From Psammoneis japonica (taxonomy: Eukaryota), in the NCBI GenBank assembly GCA_008632985.1, contig QPGO01000040.1, positions 377,719 to 441,718 on the forward strand: a stretch of 64,000 bases of DNA, read 5' to 3'. Below the pieces are notes generated by a model. It was not told where the DNA came from. It saw only the letters and a program-made list of their open reading frames with translations, and ran no database searches. The first letter of the stretch is position 1; each line of letters begins with the position of its first letter. This document shows, in pieces, positions 10,950 through 22,733 of the stretch. A program made the translations under genes and the position numbers.

Positions 10950-11880
10950 CCAAATCAAACAAAATCAAAGGCAGCCCAAATTGTTTGATTGCCCCCCGGG
11001 CAAATTGTTCCCCACTCTGATGTGCAGTCGGTGCTGTCATGTGCTGCGCCACTGACATCATGGTGCTGTGACTGGCAGCAACATCATGACACAGCTTGAA
11101 TGGCGCGAACTTCAAAAGCCACAGCTGCAAGTTGTTGTGGCACTGAAAACTGCTGTGCACAGCTTGAGTGCTGACACAAAGCTCAACAGAAGCTGCTGTT
11201 CACGACATTGAAGAAAAATGCTGCACAAATGACCAGGCTAAAAGGGGCAAAGCATTGTCATCACTCTTTTGTGTCTGCAGCTCTGGGTGCACAAATCAAG
11301 CATTTTGTGATGAGCGCAATCTAGCAACTCAGCACAATGAATGCCCTGCCCACCATCAAACACATTGGCAGTTGTTTTGCTGGCATCTGGCTTGCTCCTT
11401 TCTTGGTGCTTTGTTGTTGGTGTGCCGCGAGGCAGAGAGCTTCTCTTGGAAGTGAAAAATGCCTCAAGCTTTGAGCAGTTGCTGTCCAATTTGCTTGTGC
11501 CCTCAGCTCCCACACCAAAACTTGACAATTGCCACATTCCATTGGGTGACACTGCTGGGGTTTTTTGTTGTGTTCACATGAGAAGCGAGAGGACCAATGC
11601 TGGATGTCGCTGCCAGCCAGGTGCATCTTGCCAGCGGCTCTGGAGCATGCAAAAAATCTGCAAGGTTTCTTTGTGCCAGAGGCTTGGCAATCTTGGCAAG
11701 TCCAAAAGACTTGGCAGCTGTTTTTGATTTCTTCTTTGCAGGCTGCGTCGTGCACCGCCAGCTCTTGAAGATCTTGTTCTCGGCTGTGAAATCCTCAGTT
11801 GGATGTGCGAGTTTGCTGCAAGAGAAACCATTGTCTCTTTTTTCGCATCCTTGCCTTGGCCACGTGCTGCACTTCCCCGA
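10950..11880 (-). mobile_element. Possible hAT-like transposase relic (BED-type zinc finger)
   Basis: FWTCQDC...KMHL spacing fits a BED finger; downstream HQSGEQFARGAIKQFGL resembles the hAT H(T/S)GENxA motif; no TIRs found. Confidence 0.3.
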
Positions 11881-12241
11881 TTGGGGCAAATGGCGTGTCA
11901 TTGAAATAAATTGTTCAAGCGGATAGAGATCGTTGGTGTGATGGTTGCGACACCCACCCCTGCACTCGGCGTAGAAATGCGCTCAAGAGAGAATTTGGGG
12001 GACGTGTACCCGCCGCGCCAGCTGCGCTGTTGCGGCTGAAAAAACGCACTGATTGACAGACTCTCTCAGCACCGGTACAAATTCTACACGATGAGATACG
12101 TCCCCGCCCGCCCAAAGAAATCCTTTTTTGGCTTCGGTCTCCGGTAAATAACGCGATCACTTATCACACTGCACACTGCATTCTACTCGGAATCTTTTTG
12201 ACACTCGACACCAACCTTCGACGCGATTCATCGTTGCTTCA

Positions 12242-14567
12242 ATGATGAGCAAAGCGGCATGGATTTTGCTTGCTGCACTTGTCGCCTTTGACGCAGCTTC
12301 AGCACAAAAACAAGAAAAACCCAACATTGTATTGATTGTAGCGGATGATCTCGATGCCGACGAGCTTGGAGTAACAGCTCAACAAACAAACATTTGGCCA
12401 ACTAACACAGGAGCTGGACGGCTCGGCTTGTGGACTCCAAAATATGATCCAAATGTCCTCACTCCACACATTGATTCCCTGGCAAAAGACGGCGTACTCC
12501 TGACCAAGTATTATGTCAGCAACACGAATTGCGCCGGAAACCGCTACGCTATGCTAACGGGACGGCAACCGACGCGTGGAGAGTACTTGCTACGCCACTT
12601 TCCTGCTGGGACTCTACTCAACTTGGGTTGGGAAGCGGGAATTCTGAGAAGCGAAACCAATGTTGCCAAATCCCTTCAAGCATTGGGATATAGGACTGGC
12701 GTTATTGGAAAGTGGCACAACATTCCCAAGAACGACTATGCCAAAGGCATTCTCCCTAGAAGAGACAAATCATATCATGAGGCGAATGTCAGCTACAATC
12801 GTATTCGGTCGGTTAATAGCGAACTCAAGGCTCATTATGACGCGCATGTGGCATACCTCAAGGATGGATATGGTTGGGATGTGGTGGATAGGATGGAATG
12901 GGGTGATTCCATTGTAAATTTACAGTGGCAAGCCCAAGGGGCTGTCAAGTTTATCAAAGAGAGCGCGAAGAAGAGCCCATTCTTCCTTTATGTTGCTCTC
13001 CCTGTACCACACGGTCAATATTTCTTTACATTTAACGATCTGGAGAGCTATGACGATCGAGTCACCTCCAGGGGGATCATCACTAAGGTGCCCAAGGTGT
13101 TGCCTCCTGTATTCAGCGTCTTTGCCCGTACGAGAGCGGCTGGTGTAAAGAAAGCAAATGCAATGGGCACCCGAATGGATGACTATGTTGGAGTGATTCT
13201 GCGAGAGCTAAAAGATTTGGGGTTGAGTGACAACACCCTCGTAATGTTCACGAGTGACCACGCAAGTCGCGGAAAGAACGGATGCTATTCTGGCGGTGCT
13301 CACGTGCCTCTTATCGCTCGATGGCCTCGAAAGATTCGCAAAAACACAAGAGTTGACTCCCTCGTGGCCAGCGTTGACCTAGCCCCCACGATTATCGATG
13401 CTGCGGGAGGAACCGCTCCCGCTGATATGATTGACGGGCATAGCTTCAAGCCCATGCTGTTGGGACAACCCGAACCGAAGGACTACCGGTCGAGCATTAT
13501 ACTTGAAGCACAGACTACTCGCGCCGTTGTCACGAAAAAATGGAGTTATATTGCGAACAGAGTGACCCCCAAGATTGCCAAGGCCATGGCAGAGAACCCT
13601 GGCGAAGTCTTTTGGTCTGGAGTCGACAGCCACAATTATAATAACGAGAGAAAATATCCTGCGTACTGGGATGCGGACCAGCTGTATAATCTTGAAACCG
13701 ATCTTTATCAGCAGGTCAATCTCGTCGCGGACAAAAGCTACAGTGCCCAGCTAACGTCTCTCAGGGCTGTGCTAGACCGGTACATTGCAACGACACGTCA
13801 CTCCTTTGGTGAGTTTGGAACCGGCATTTACCAGCTTGACGCGGGCGGTTCCCAACTTGAGCATGGACCACAGAGCACAATGTCGATTTTTTGGGATCTG
13901 AAGGTTACGCGAAAGGAAGCCTCAACGCCTCTGATGGTTGGGTGGGACATTGGAAAACTATATGGTGCACCCTGCGGGCCGAGGTTATCTGCAGCTGCCA
14001 AAAGGGAGACATGCACGCAACGTTGCCCTTATGAAAACTGGGCTTCCTCTTTCAAACAGATACGAAGTTGTGTTGGACTTTAAATTTGTACAAAAACGAG
14101 GTAGACTTGATATGGAGCGAGGTGTGCTCAAGGCTGAGATAAGAGAGCGGTTCAAGAACGGAAACGAGGGTAGCAAGCTGGGGATTTCTTTGATGCGATC
14201 AAAAAGCGGGCGTACATACTTGTTGCGGCTCGAAAATAGCATGGGTGCTGAAGCGTGGAAGGCCAGAGGCACGGTCTTCAATGAAGACCTTTTGGGTCTC
14301 GGTGGTACAAAGGACACCGCCCAGAGTGATCAACTGAGGCTCACTTTCAAAGTTGAGCGTGGTTCAGACAAAGGTGACTGGAGCGTTATCAGCACGATGG
14401 AAAATCTCGACAATGAGAAGGTCGTCTCTATTCTGACTCATACAGTGGACTCTTCTCAGGACTTCTATACTGATGAGATTCTATTCGCCGCTATTAATTC
14501 GGTTGACTCAGAGGATTCGTCGCTCTTGTTGGGTCGCACGGTTCAAAAGATCGCCGCAAGGTCTTGA
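12242..14567 (+). CDS. Secreted arylsulfatase-like sulfatase with C-terminal extension (apparent frameshifts ~13860-13945)
   Basis: Signal peptide; KPNIVLIVADDL, CAGNRYAMLTGR, GYRTGVIGKWH, NTLVMFTSDH, VPLIARWP, DLAPTI, QLYNLETD; intronless. Confidence 0.88.
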
Positions 14568-15234
14568 GGGACCACGCGGTCGCACTTCTCAGTTCCTCAT
14601 CAATACGTTGCATTTAGCCTAAATGTTGTACGCTGTTGGCAAATCCAACAAGTTTAATGGCACAAAAAAACTAGTAACTGTTCAGGTTTACGACTGACAA
14701 GAAAGTTGTTCACCTCACCTCAAGCCACATGGCCATCGAACGGGCACTTTCTCTGTCATTTCTTATTTTGAATATTCGAGAAACAGCCCAACGAATTCCT
14801 TTGAATGAAAAGTAGCAAGAGCCACCCAGTTTGGTGTTGCGGCGCTCTGAAGGAGGAAGGTCCAGGTCCAATAACCCATCGGGGTGTGATTGTGCGACTG
14901 AGACTCTCCATCACTGCCTGAAACGGATCCTAAAGACACCGGACACCGTCCACACAGTTAGTTCAAAACACAGGCTATCATCTGCCAAGAGCTTTGCGGC
15001 GTCGGACAATCAGAAGAAAAAGGAACCATCGTCTTTGTGTGACTCCGCGACACAGTAGAGAGTTTCAACTTTCAACGGATCACTGATCAAGATCGAGTTT
15101 CCATTACTTTTGCGGCAGTACAACAGTTGATAGAGCGAGGGGTGGTGTCGAACTACCGTAGGTCTAATGAGACAAAAACAATGCCATAGGGCCGTCCCAG
15201 TTCCAGTTCCCGATGGATTCAAAAATAATCGATG

Positions 15235-15285
15235 ATGTCGGAGGGTGTTCGGAGTTCGCACAAAGCGAACGGCAAATTTTCAAAA
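15235..15285 (+). repeat. ~50-bp direct repeat, copy 2 (copy 1 at 7232-7280), upstream of the kinase gene
   Basis: Near-identical to 7232-7280, with a short indel and few substitutions. Confidence 0.9.
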
Positions 15286-15440
15286 ATGCGCGCCCAGCCG
15301 CACAGCAAATCGCGAATCTCGGTCTACCGGTATTTCGTCTCTCCGCGTCTTGGTCTCTCGTGTCTCGTGTGAGTGCCGTAGTGAGGGACAAGGAATAATC
15401 AAATCTCGAACAATCGACAGATCGTTTTCTTGCGTTCACC

Positions 15441-17502
15441 ATGGGGATTTGTCAGTCAAACAGCAGCCCAGTAGAGCCAAAGACTGTGTCAGTCTCAAAG
15501 AAAGAAGAGTCCGTTCACGATGAGAAAACAAACGAGGGACAATTCAAGTACCAGACTGGAACTTGCGCTTTGGAATATTGGGAACCCGTGCGAGAACTCG
15601 GCGAAGGCAGCATTTCCAGCATCCATTTAGTTCGACGACGGCCCAGCCGTGTGGTGATTCCTTATAAAGAACGTGTTGATATCATGAGCATGGCTTCCAA
15701 GAAAAAGATTTCGAATGAGAAAGAAGATTTGTATGCGTTAAAGAGCATCATCAAGTCACATGTTCGCAACGACAAGTACTTGCAAGAAATGCGAAACGAA
15801 ATTTACACCATGAGTCGGCTTGATCATCCCAATATCGCAAAGGTGTATGAAGCCTATGAACGAAAGCGACATATCTATCTTCTAATGGAGTACTGTTCAG
15901 GTGGCAATCTCTACGACGTTACTCTTACAGAAGCTCAGGCGAGAAACGTTGTACAGAAAATCCTGAAAGCCGTTGCCTACATGCACCAACACAAGGTCGT
16001 TCATAGGGACTTGAAACTAGAAAACATCTTACTCTCGGTAAGTTGACAGGAAGAGAGAAGCTGCAATTCTTGGCTCCATGCTTCTTGCTATCCCTTCTCA
16101 CCACTACTGGCTCTCCACGGGTTGCTCAACGCCTTGACAAGAAACGAGGGAAGGACGCCGAATTAAAAATCATTGACTTTGGATTGGCAACTCGGTACTT
16201 GAGCGACGAGTACAAGTACATGACGGATCGTGTTGGCACCTTGTACTCTATGGCACCGCAGGTTCTGCAAGGCGTTTACGATTTAAAATGTGACATTTGG
16301 AGCGGTGAGTACTATGGTGATACTTTCTTGCATGGTTGCTTCATTTTGTTTACTTTGTTTTCTCAAGCTTGTATCCCTTGATTGTCCTACAGTTGGCGTT
16401 ATAAGTAAGTACAGCTGGAGAGTCTTTCCTTTAATTGGGCGCACTCTCCGTTGCAGCATCTCATTGCATTGATATCCCGCTGCTTTCATAATACTGTTAC
16501 AGCGTACATGCTGCTATTGCCAATGGGCAACTCCCCGTTTTGGGGACCGCCACGTGAAATGAGTTGGGAAAGCGAAAAGCCGTCATGATTGATCGAATTA
16601 TGCGATGCCAATACTCCAAGATGAAGGGCCCAGCCTGGGCAAAGGTTTCTCGCGAGGCCAAGGACTTTGTGGCACAGCTCTTACAAATGGATCCAAAAAA
16701 GAGGCCTTCTGCACTAGAGGCGTTGGAATTGCCATGGATAAAGCAAATTGGTACCGATTCGACAGACTCCTCTACCATTGTCAGCAGCCAAGACGACACT
16801 CTGTCTGAGGAGATGGATGAGGTGAAGCGTGGCACTCGCTCTGTTCTGGCAAAGAAACTCACAAACGACGAAATTATTGCTCTCAAGGCAAAGTTGGAAA
16901 GCATGGACGAAAAGCACACCGGTCACGTTCGCCTCCAGGAGTTGTTGGGTGCTGTCGAAGAAACTCATTCGAACGATGATGAGATGAAATGCATATGCAC
17001 CAAGTTTACGCATGACATCAGCTGCAACGAAAATTCCAGCGTGGACTCTCCTCGCTCGGTGGACTATTTCGACCTTATTGCTGACATACTCATGGCTCGA
17101 TCGCGTCGTGACTTTGAGGTTTTGACAGAGTCTATCATGGCGTTGGATTCAGACGACACAGGAAAGGCAAGGAAAGAGGCAGTTGAAGAAGTCTTGAAGA
17201 AAAACAGCACCTTGTCTCAGGAGAGGGTGGACTCTGTTTTGAAGCAGGCAGCGGCAGATGCCAATGACCTTGTTTCGATCCAGCGCGTGCTGGACATTCT
17301 GGATCATGAAATGTCCAACCAAGTCGAGGCCGTTTGGAGCTGTCGCACTGTCGAAGAGGTTGAAGATGAGGATGAAACGGAGGAAGATCTCATCGATGCT
17401 AAGGATGCCATCATTCCTGGTGGAAGAAATGATCCGAGTGAAAGACCTTGCTACGTATATGACGAGTCAACAAACTCTTTGCGAAAATGTGTCTGTGACT
17501 AG
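15441..17502 (+). CDS. Calcium-dependent protein kinase (CDPK-like), multi-exon
   Basis: MGxxxS acylation motif; LGEGS, YALK, HRDLKLEN, DFG, DIWS; degenerate EF hands (DEKHTGHV, DSDDTGKA); introns ~16038-16141, 16305-16392, 16405-16502; frameshift near 16570. Confidence 0.9.
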
Positions 17503-17629
17503 AGAGGGAGATTCTTTTGTCAAAAGAGCAGCACCTACCGGTATTCTACTCTCTCCCATACTTTGCCAGTAGTCAGTCCCATACAAGAGACGAAGCACAA
17601 ATAGCCTTTAGGAATACTCGTGCGGTAGG

Positions 17630-17930
17630 TAGAGCTATAGAGAGTAGAAGTATCTAGCCGGAAATTACGTTACCTCTCTAGTAGAGAGAGTCGTCTACTA
17701 GAGCTCTAAGGGCCCTCTCGATAGTAGTACCTACTACTAGCTAGTCTTCTCTCTAGTAGCTACTCTCTCTAGAGAGAGAGTACTACTAAGAGTAGGAGCC
17801 CTCTACTTTACCTATCTACCCTAGCTACTCTACTCTCTAGCTCTAGCAATTGATTGGTTTCTCTTACCTCTAAGTACAGTACGGTACTGTAGAGAGAGAA
17901 TATGATAGAGAGTACCGTAGGCCCTAGAGA
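17630..17930. other. TAG/CTA/AGAG-rich low-complexity intergenic tract
   Basis: e.g. ctactactagctagtcttctctctagtagctactctctctagagagagagtactactaag; similar tracts at ~20780-20885, 26785-26880, 28908-28962, 44701-44780, 47135-47165, 63618-63660. Confidence 0.85.
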
Positions 17931-18165
17931 ATACAATGACGGATAGACTGGCAGACTAAAGCAAAGTTTCAGCGTACGTACGTCTGTCATCGCTCGCCCA
18001 CTTGATCCCCGCGCAGAGCTGGGAGGTTGATGTTGGAAAATAATTATTCATATTTGTATAAAGATGAATTGAAAATTTGAATTTTTGGCCCAAAATAACG
18101 GCGAAGAAAAAACTCCACACACAACACAAACAGCTTCGTCATCTCAGAGTGTCAACAAGAAGACC

Positions 18166-20664
18166 ATGTCGTCTCACCAAAGCATGGCAAAGTTTAGGTC
18201 GCCAAGTCCGACAACTAAGAAGAAAGTCATGACTTGGACAGAGATTCAGTCCAGCATTCGTGATGCCGAAACCCCAAGAGGTACTCGGAGACTTTCTTCC
18301 ATGACGACGACTCCCTCGGCCGGAAGCGCAAAGCAATCTTCACCCTCGCCTCATTCATCCGACCCAGCATACTTGGCCGCACGACGCAAGAGACTCGAGA
18401 AAAAGACACACTTGCTTGGAAACAGAGGAAAATACAAGAGTCCAAATGCTCGTCCAGACTCAGCAACGCTATCCAAATCTGAAGCTAGTGGCAAAAAGTT
18501 TACGCCCTCCAGTTCGGGTAGGAAGCCGCTACGAGAAAATGCAATTCGAAAGAACTCTGTCAGTTCCCTCCTCATGACACCATCGCCGTCTTTTCCCAAA
18601 TCAAGAGGACGTCTTAGCTTCAGTGTGGAAAAACCGAGCTCTCACACTAAAAACAGTTTAGGGTCGGACTCAGCAAGCGATCATCGGCTTTTGTCAGCAA
18701 TGAAGACTCCACCGCTTGCCAAATCGAGTGGATCAAAGACCCCTCCTCGCCGATCCTTTCTAAGCAGAAGAACCAGTTCTACCGAGACCCCAGCATCAGA
18801 GTCTAAGAGCGATCATCGGTCGTTGAAAACTCGAACTCCTCCTCGATCTAGACCACGTATTTCTTCCGCGACTACTCCGCCTCCGTCGCAGCGCCGCAGC
18901 ACGGTCATGACGCCACCTCGGCCAACTGGAACTCCTAGGAGACGCGTTTCTTCGGTCACTGGCACTCCCAAAAAACATACTCCTGGGAAGCCGTCTCCTC
19001 TCTCAGTTCAGAGAGAAGAAAGCAGGCGACTATCGTCATACGAGGGTGACTTGAGCCCCACTCGTGCGTCTGAAAATCGGCGCAATCTTGATAAACGAAC
19101 TGCTCGTCTTCGTTATTCAGAGCACTTTGCCTCCGAGATTTCGTTCTATCGGGAACAGCGATCGTACCTGAACAATGGATCGAATCACGAGAATGATAAC
19201 AATGTGTTCATGCGAGGGAATCAAAAGCACAGTGGTGTCTCCTTCTTTGTTCGAAAGCGACCCATCTTTGACTACGAGCTCGATCGAGGGGAGTTCGATG
19301 TTGTGTCAGTTGATGGATGCACCAGATATGACTCTGATCGAGTCATTGTACACAATGGACACATGCATGCCGATATGAGGCGAAAGCTACTCAAGCATGT
19401 ATCCTATGCTTGCACAGCCGCCTTTGACCAGCATTGTACCAACGACAACCTGTACCTACACGTTGGTCAACCCCTTGTCCAAGAAGTGGCTTCTGGTTCC
19501 GGATCGCTACTCTAGTCATGTATGGACAAACTGGATCAGGAAAGACGCACACCATGACGGGAATAGAGGAACGCGCTGCTGACGATTTATTTACTGCTCT
19601 TGAAGAAACCAAAAATGCTGTGGTGAAACTTCAGTTTGTTGAGTTGGCAGGAAAGTTTTGTTATGACTTGTTGGATCGTAAGAAGGGAGACGTTCGTATT
19701 GTCGACCAGCCTGATGGGTCGGTGCGTCTTGTGAATGCCCGCAGTATCCGTGTTTCTTCTGCCGAGGAGTTGTCGCATCTCATGGGAAAGGCCAAAGGTC
19801 GTCGAGCTACAGAGGCAACGGATGTGAATGGCGTTTCCAGTAGATCTCATGCCGTGTGTCAAATAACAGTATCGCTTGGAAGCAACACGGTATGATCGAT
19901 ACATGCTCAAGGTTTGTTGATTTCAGTAACGAGTCTCTCTAATCTGTTACCTTCTCATTTTTCTCTGGCAGATGCAAAGGGGTATTTTGACGCTGGTGGA
20001 CTGCGCAGGGAGTGAACGGCGTAACGACGGCATGTACCACAGCTCAGAACGTCAGAAAGAAAGCACAGCTATCAATGCGAGTCTGTACGCGCTCAAGGAG
20101 TGCATCAGAGCTCGTTCCCAGCGGATGGCATTTGTCCCGTACCGGGATAGTAGTCTTACTCGAATTCTACGTGAAACGTTAGAAAAGAAAGGGTCGAAGC
20201 TCGCCATTGTTGCAACAGTCGCACCAAACGCCACGGATACAGAACATACTCTTGAAACTCTCAAAGTGATTGCAAACCTCGTCTGGTCACACGGAGTGGA
20301 ACTGGATGAAGGCGATACACAGTCACCGACAGCTGCACAATTGAGTGCGAACAACAACAAGATGGAAGAAGTAGTCGAGGAAGAGCGGAAAGCTCCCAAG
20401 CAGTGGACACACGACGAACTTGTAACCTGGATGGGTCGAAACCACTTGTTGCCGACAAACAAGTCTGTTCCTCCTCACGTAGATGGCCAATCCATGATGC
20501 GTATGTCACAATTGCAACTGCGAACACTGATTTATGATCCAGACTGGGATGTAGGCAAGGACAAAGCCTTGTTTCAGGCCTTGCGGGCAGAAAGCGAAAG
20601 CATTTCCAAAGCGCAACGGAACGAACGCAAGAGGACAGCACAGTATTGCAAAGATTGCCAGTAA
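18166..20664 (+). CDS. Kinesin-13-like motor protein with long Ser/Pro/Arg-rich N-terminus
   Basis: VRKRP, MYGQTGSGKTHT (P-loop), SSRSHA, LVDCAGSER, INASLYALKECIRA, VPYRDSSLTRILR; intron 19890-19971; frameshift near 19500. Confidence 0.9.
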
Positions 20665-21129
20665 ACAGAAGGCAGTGGCTGGGATACAGGTATATTCAAG
20701 GTTTGTGTGTTATAGTCTAAGTGGCTGTAACGTCATACTCGTACCGTAATGAACATCTCCATCCGTGCCACAGGATCTCTTTACTATTCTAGTAGCGAGA
20801 GTAAAACTTACTATCTCAAGCTACTGAAGGTTAGTAGCAAGGTACGGTAGTCTAGATAGCCCTCTCGCTCTAGTAGAGTAGTGCTCGTTTTCGATCGATT
20901 TTGGTCCGTCGCCCACGTCACTGACTGACTCATCCGACTAAAATATATTTTTCAGGAATCCGGAATCTGAATATTACACTCTATTCTTCCGCGAACACCA
21001 ACGGAAGTTCCCGCACTTTCATTGGCTCTTTTCGGCACGCACCGCCTCACTTTTTTCTCGTCTCAGGTGGCCAACAAAAGATCTCGCACTTTCACCCCAG
21101 TAAAAAAGACCACAACAGCAAGAACGAGA

Positions 21130-22423
21130 ATGTTGTCTCTTTTACGAACCACAGCGCCACGGTTTACATCACGGGTAGCATCACGCAATGTTGCGATACA
21201 AGGTGCAAAGAGCATGTCCACAACGGCATCCTTTGATTTGACGGGATCTTTTGAGGTGCGACGATGATTCTCACAGGATTTTTTCTTACATGATTTGATT
21301 CAATTGACTAACTTTTGTATTATTATTTCTCCCTGCATAGACTTACAATCTAGAGCACGAACCCAACAACACGGTGGAGAGCAGTCGCGAAGAACTGATG
21401 GAAATGTTTGAAACCATGTACACGATGCGTCGTATGGAGATTACGTGCGATAACGAATACAAGGCCCGCAACATTCGTGGTTTTTGTCACTTGTACGACG
21501 GTCAAGAAGCGGTCGCAACCGGAATCAACTCGTCTTTGACCAAGGACGATTCGTGGATTACGTCGTATCGTTGTCACTGTGTCGCTCTGATTCGTGGCGG
21601 GACGGTTGCCAAGGTTGTAGGTGAATTGTTTGGTGTGATTGACGGATATTCCAAGGCCAAGGGTGGGTCTATGCATTTCTACAACAAGGAGCACAACTTT
21701 TATGGAGGTCAGGGTATTGTCGGTGCTCAGGTACCGGTTGGAACCGGTCTGGCTTTTGCCAACAAGTACAATGCCGCTCCTGGTGAACCCATGAATGTGG
21801 CGATTGCGTGCTATGGAGATGGAGCTGCCAATCAGGGACAAATCTGGGAATCCGCAAACATGGCGTCTCTCTGGAAGTTGCCCATGATTTTCTGTATCGA
21901 GAACAATCATTACGGTATGGGTACTTCGATTGATCGTCACTCGTCTCACTCGGACTATTACAAAATGGGTAATCATATTCCCGGTATCCGCATTGACGGT
22001 ATGAATGTCTTGGCTGTCAAGGAGGGTATGCGCTTTGTGCGAGACTTTTGCTCCAACGGAAACGGACCCATGTACGTGGAGATGATGACTTACCGGTACC
22101 ATGGACACAGTATGAGTGACCCCGGAACCACCTACCGTAATCGGGAAGAGATTGCCATGACTCGTTCGACGCGTGATCCTTTGGAGTTTGTGAAAAAGAC
22201 CATGATGGATGCCGGCTTTGCCGATGCCGAAGAACTCAAGTCGATCGAAAAGAAAATCCGAAAGCAAGTGCAGGCAGAAGTTGCCGAAGCCAAGAAGAGT
22301 CCTCGACCCGAGGTGGATGAAATCTTCAAGCATGTCTTTGCCAAGGATCTTGTCCCTGGCAGTGGATACGAAGTTCCTTCTCACATTCGTATGCCTGACT
22401 ACGGCAAGTCTTTCTGGGCCTAA
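21130..22423 (+). CDS. PDHA1: Mitochondrial pyruvate dehydrogenase E1 alpha subunit
   Basis: Mitochondrial presequence; intron 21256-21340 restores frame; IRGFCHLYDGQEA, GDGAANQGQ, TYRYHGHSMSDPG. Confidence 0.97.
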
Positions 22424-22733
22424 AAGCTGACATGGTATGGACCTGCTGTGGCATACGAAATGGACAGACTCATGTTCCTCTCTTGAGTTGTACCGGTAGT
22501 TGTTGTAGCTAGAGAAAGAGTTTTGGTTTTAGTTCCCCGCATCTATTCTAGATTAGAAATGGCTTGTGCTGAGGGGGGTTGAATGATCTAGCTGTTGAAC
22601 AGTACCCCAATCGTGCAACCAACGAGCCCTAGACTACCAGGTATGGTAATGCACTGACTAACATCATACTTTAACTTTGCTGATGCTGTACTGTAGCTTG
22701 AAGGGTATTTATGTACCGTATAGAATGTGGTGA

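Larger units (their letters stand above)
7290..11900. other. TpA-depleted hypermutated island 1
   Basis: Roughly 15-17 TA dinucleotides in 4.6 kb by eye, none seen between 7921 and 8824; TG/CA strongly enriched; flanking genes have normal TA content. Confidence 0.92.

Noticed and set aside
7290..11900. Ordinary CpG methylation decay or classical RIP as the cause of the TG/CA excess
   Set aside because: CpG decay does not remove TA and RIP increases it. Island 1 and the transposon keep many CpGs while lacking TA.
12075..12087. 13-mer gtacaaattctac shared with 51606-51618
   Set aside because: Chance 13-mer matches are expected in a 64-kb self-comparison and the flanks do not extend the match.
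19490..19520. Programmed ribosomal frameshift in the kinesin gene
   Set aside because: No slippery heptamer, and similar breaks occur in many unrelated genes, which favours indel error.
21350..22384. 344-aa antisense ORF over PDH E1-alpha
   Set aside because: Shadow of biased codon usage in a highly expressed gene; no protein features.
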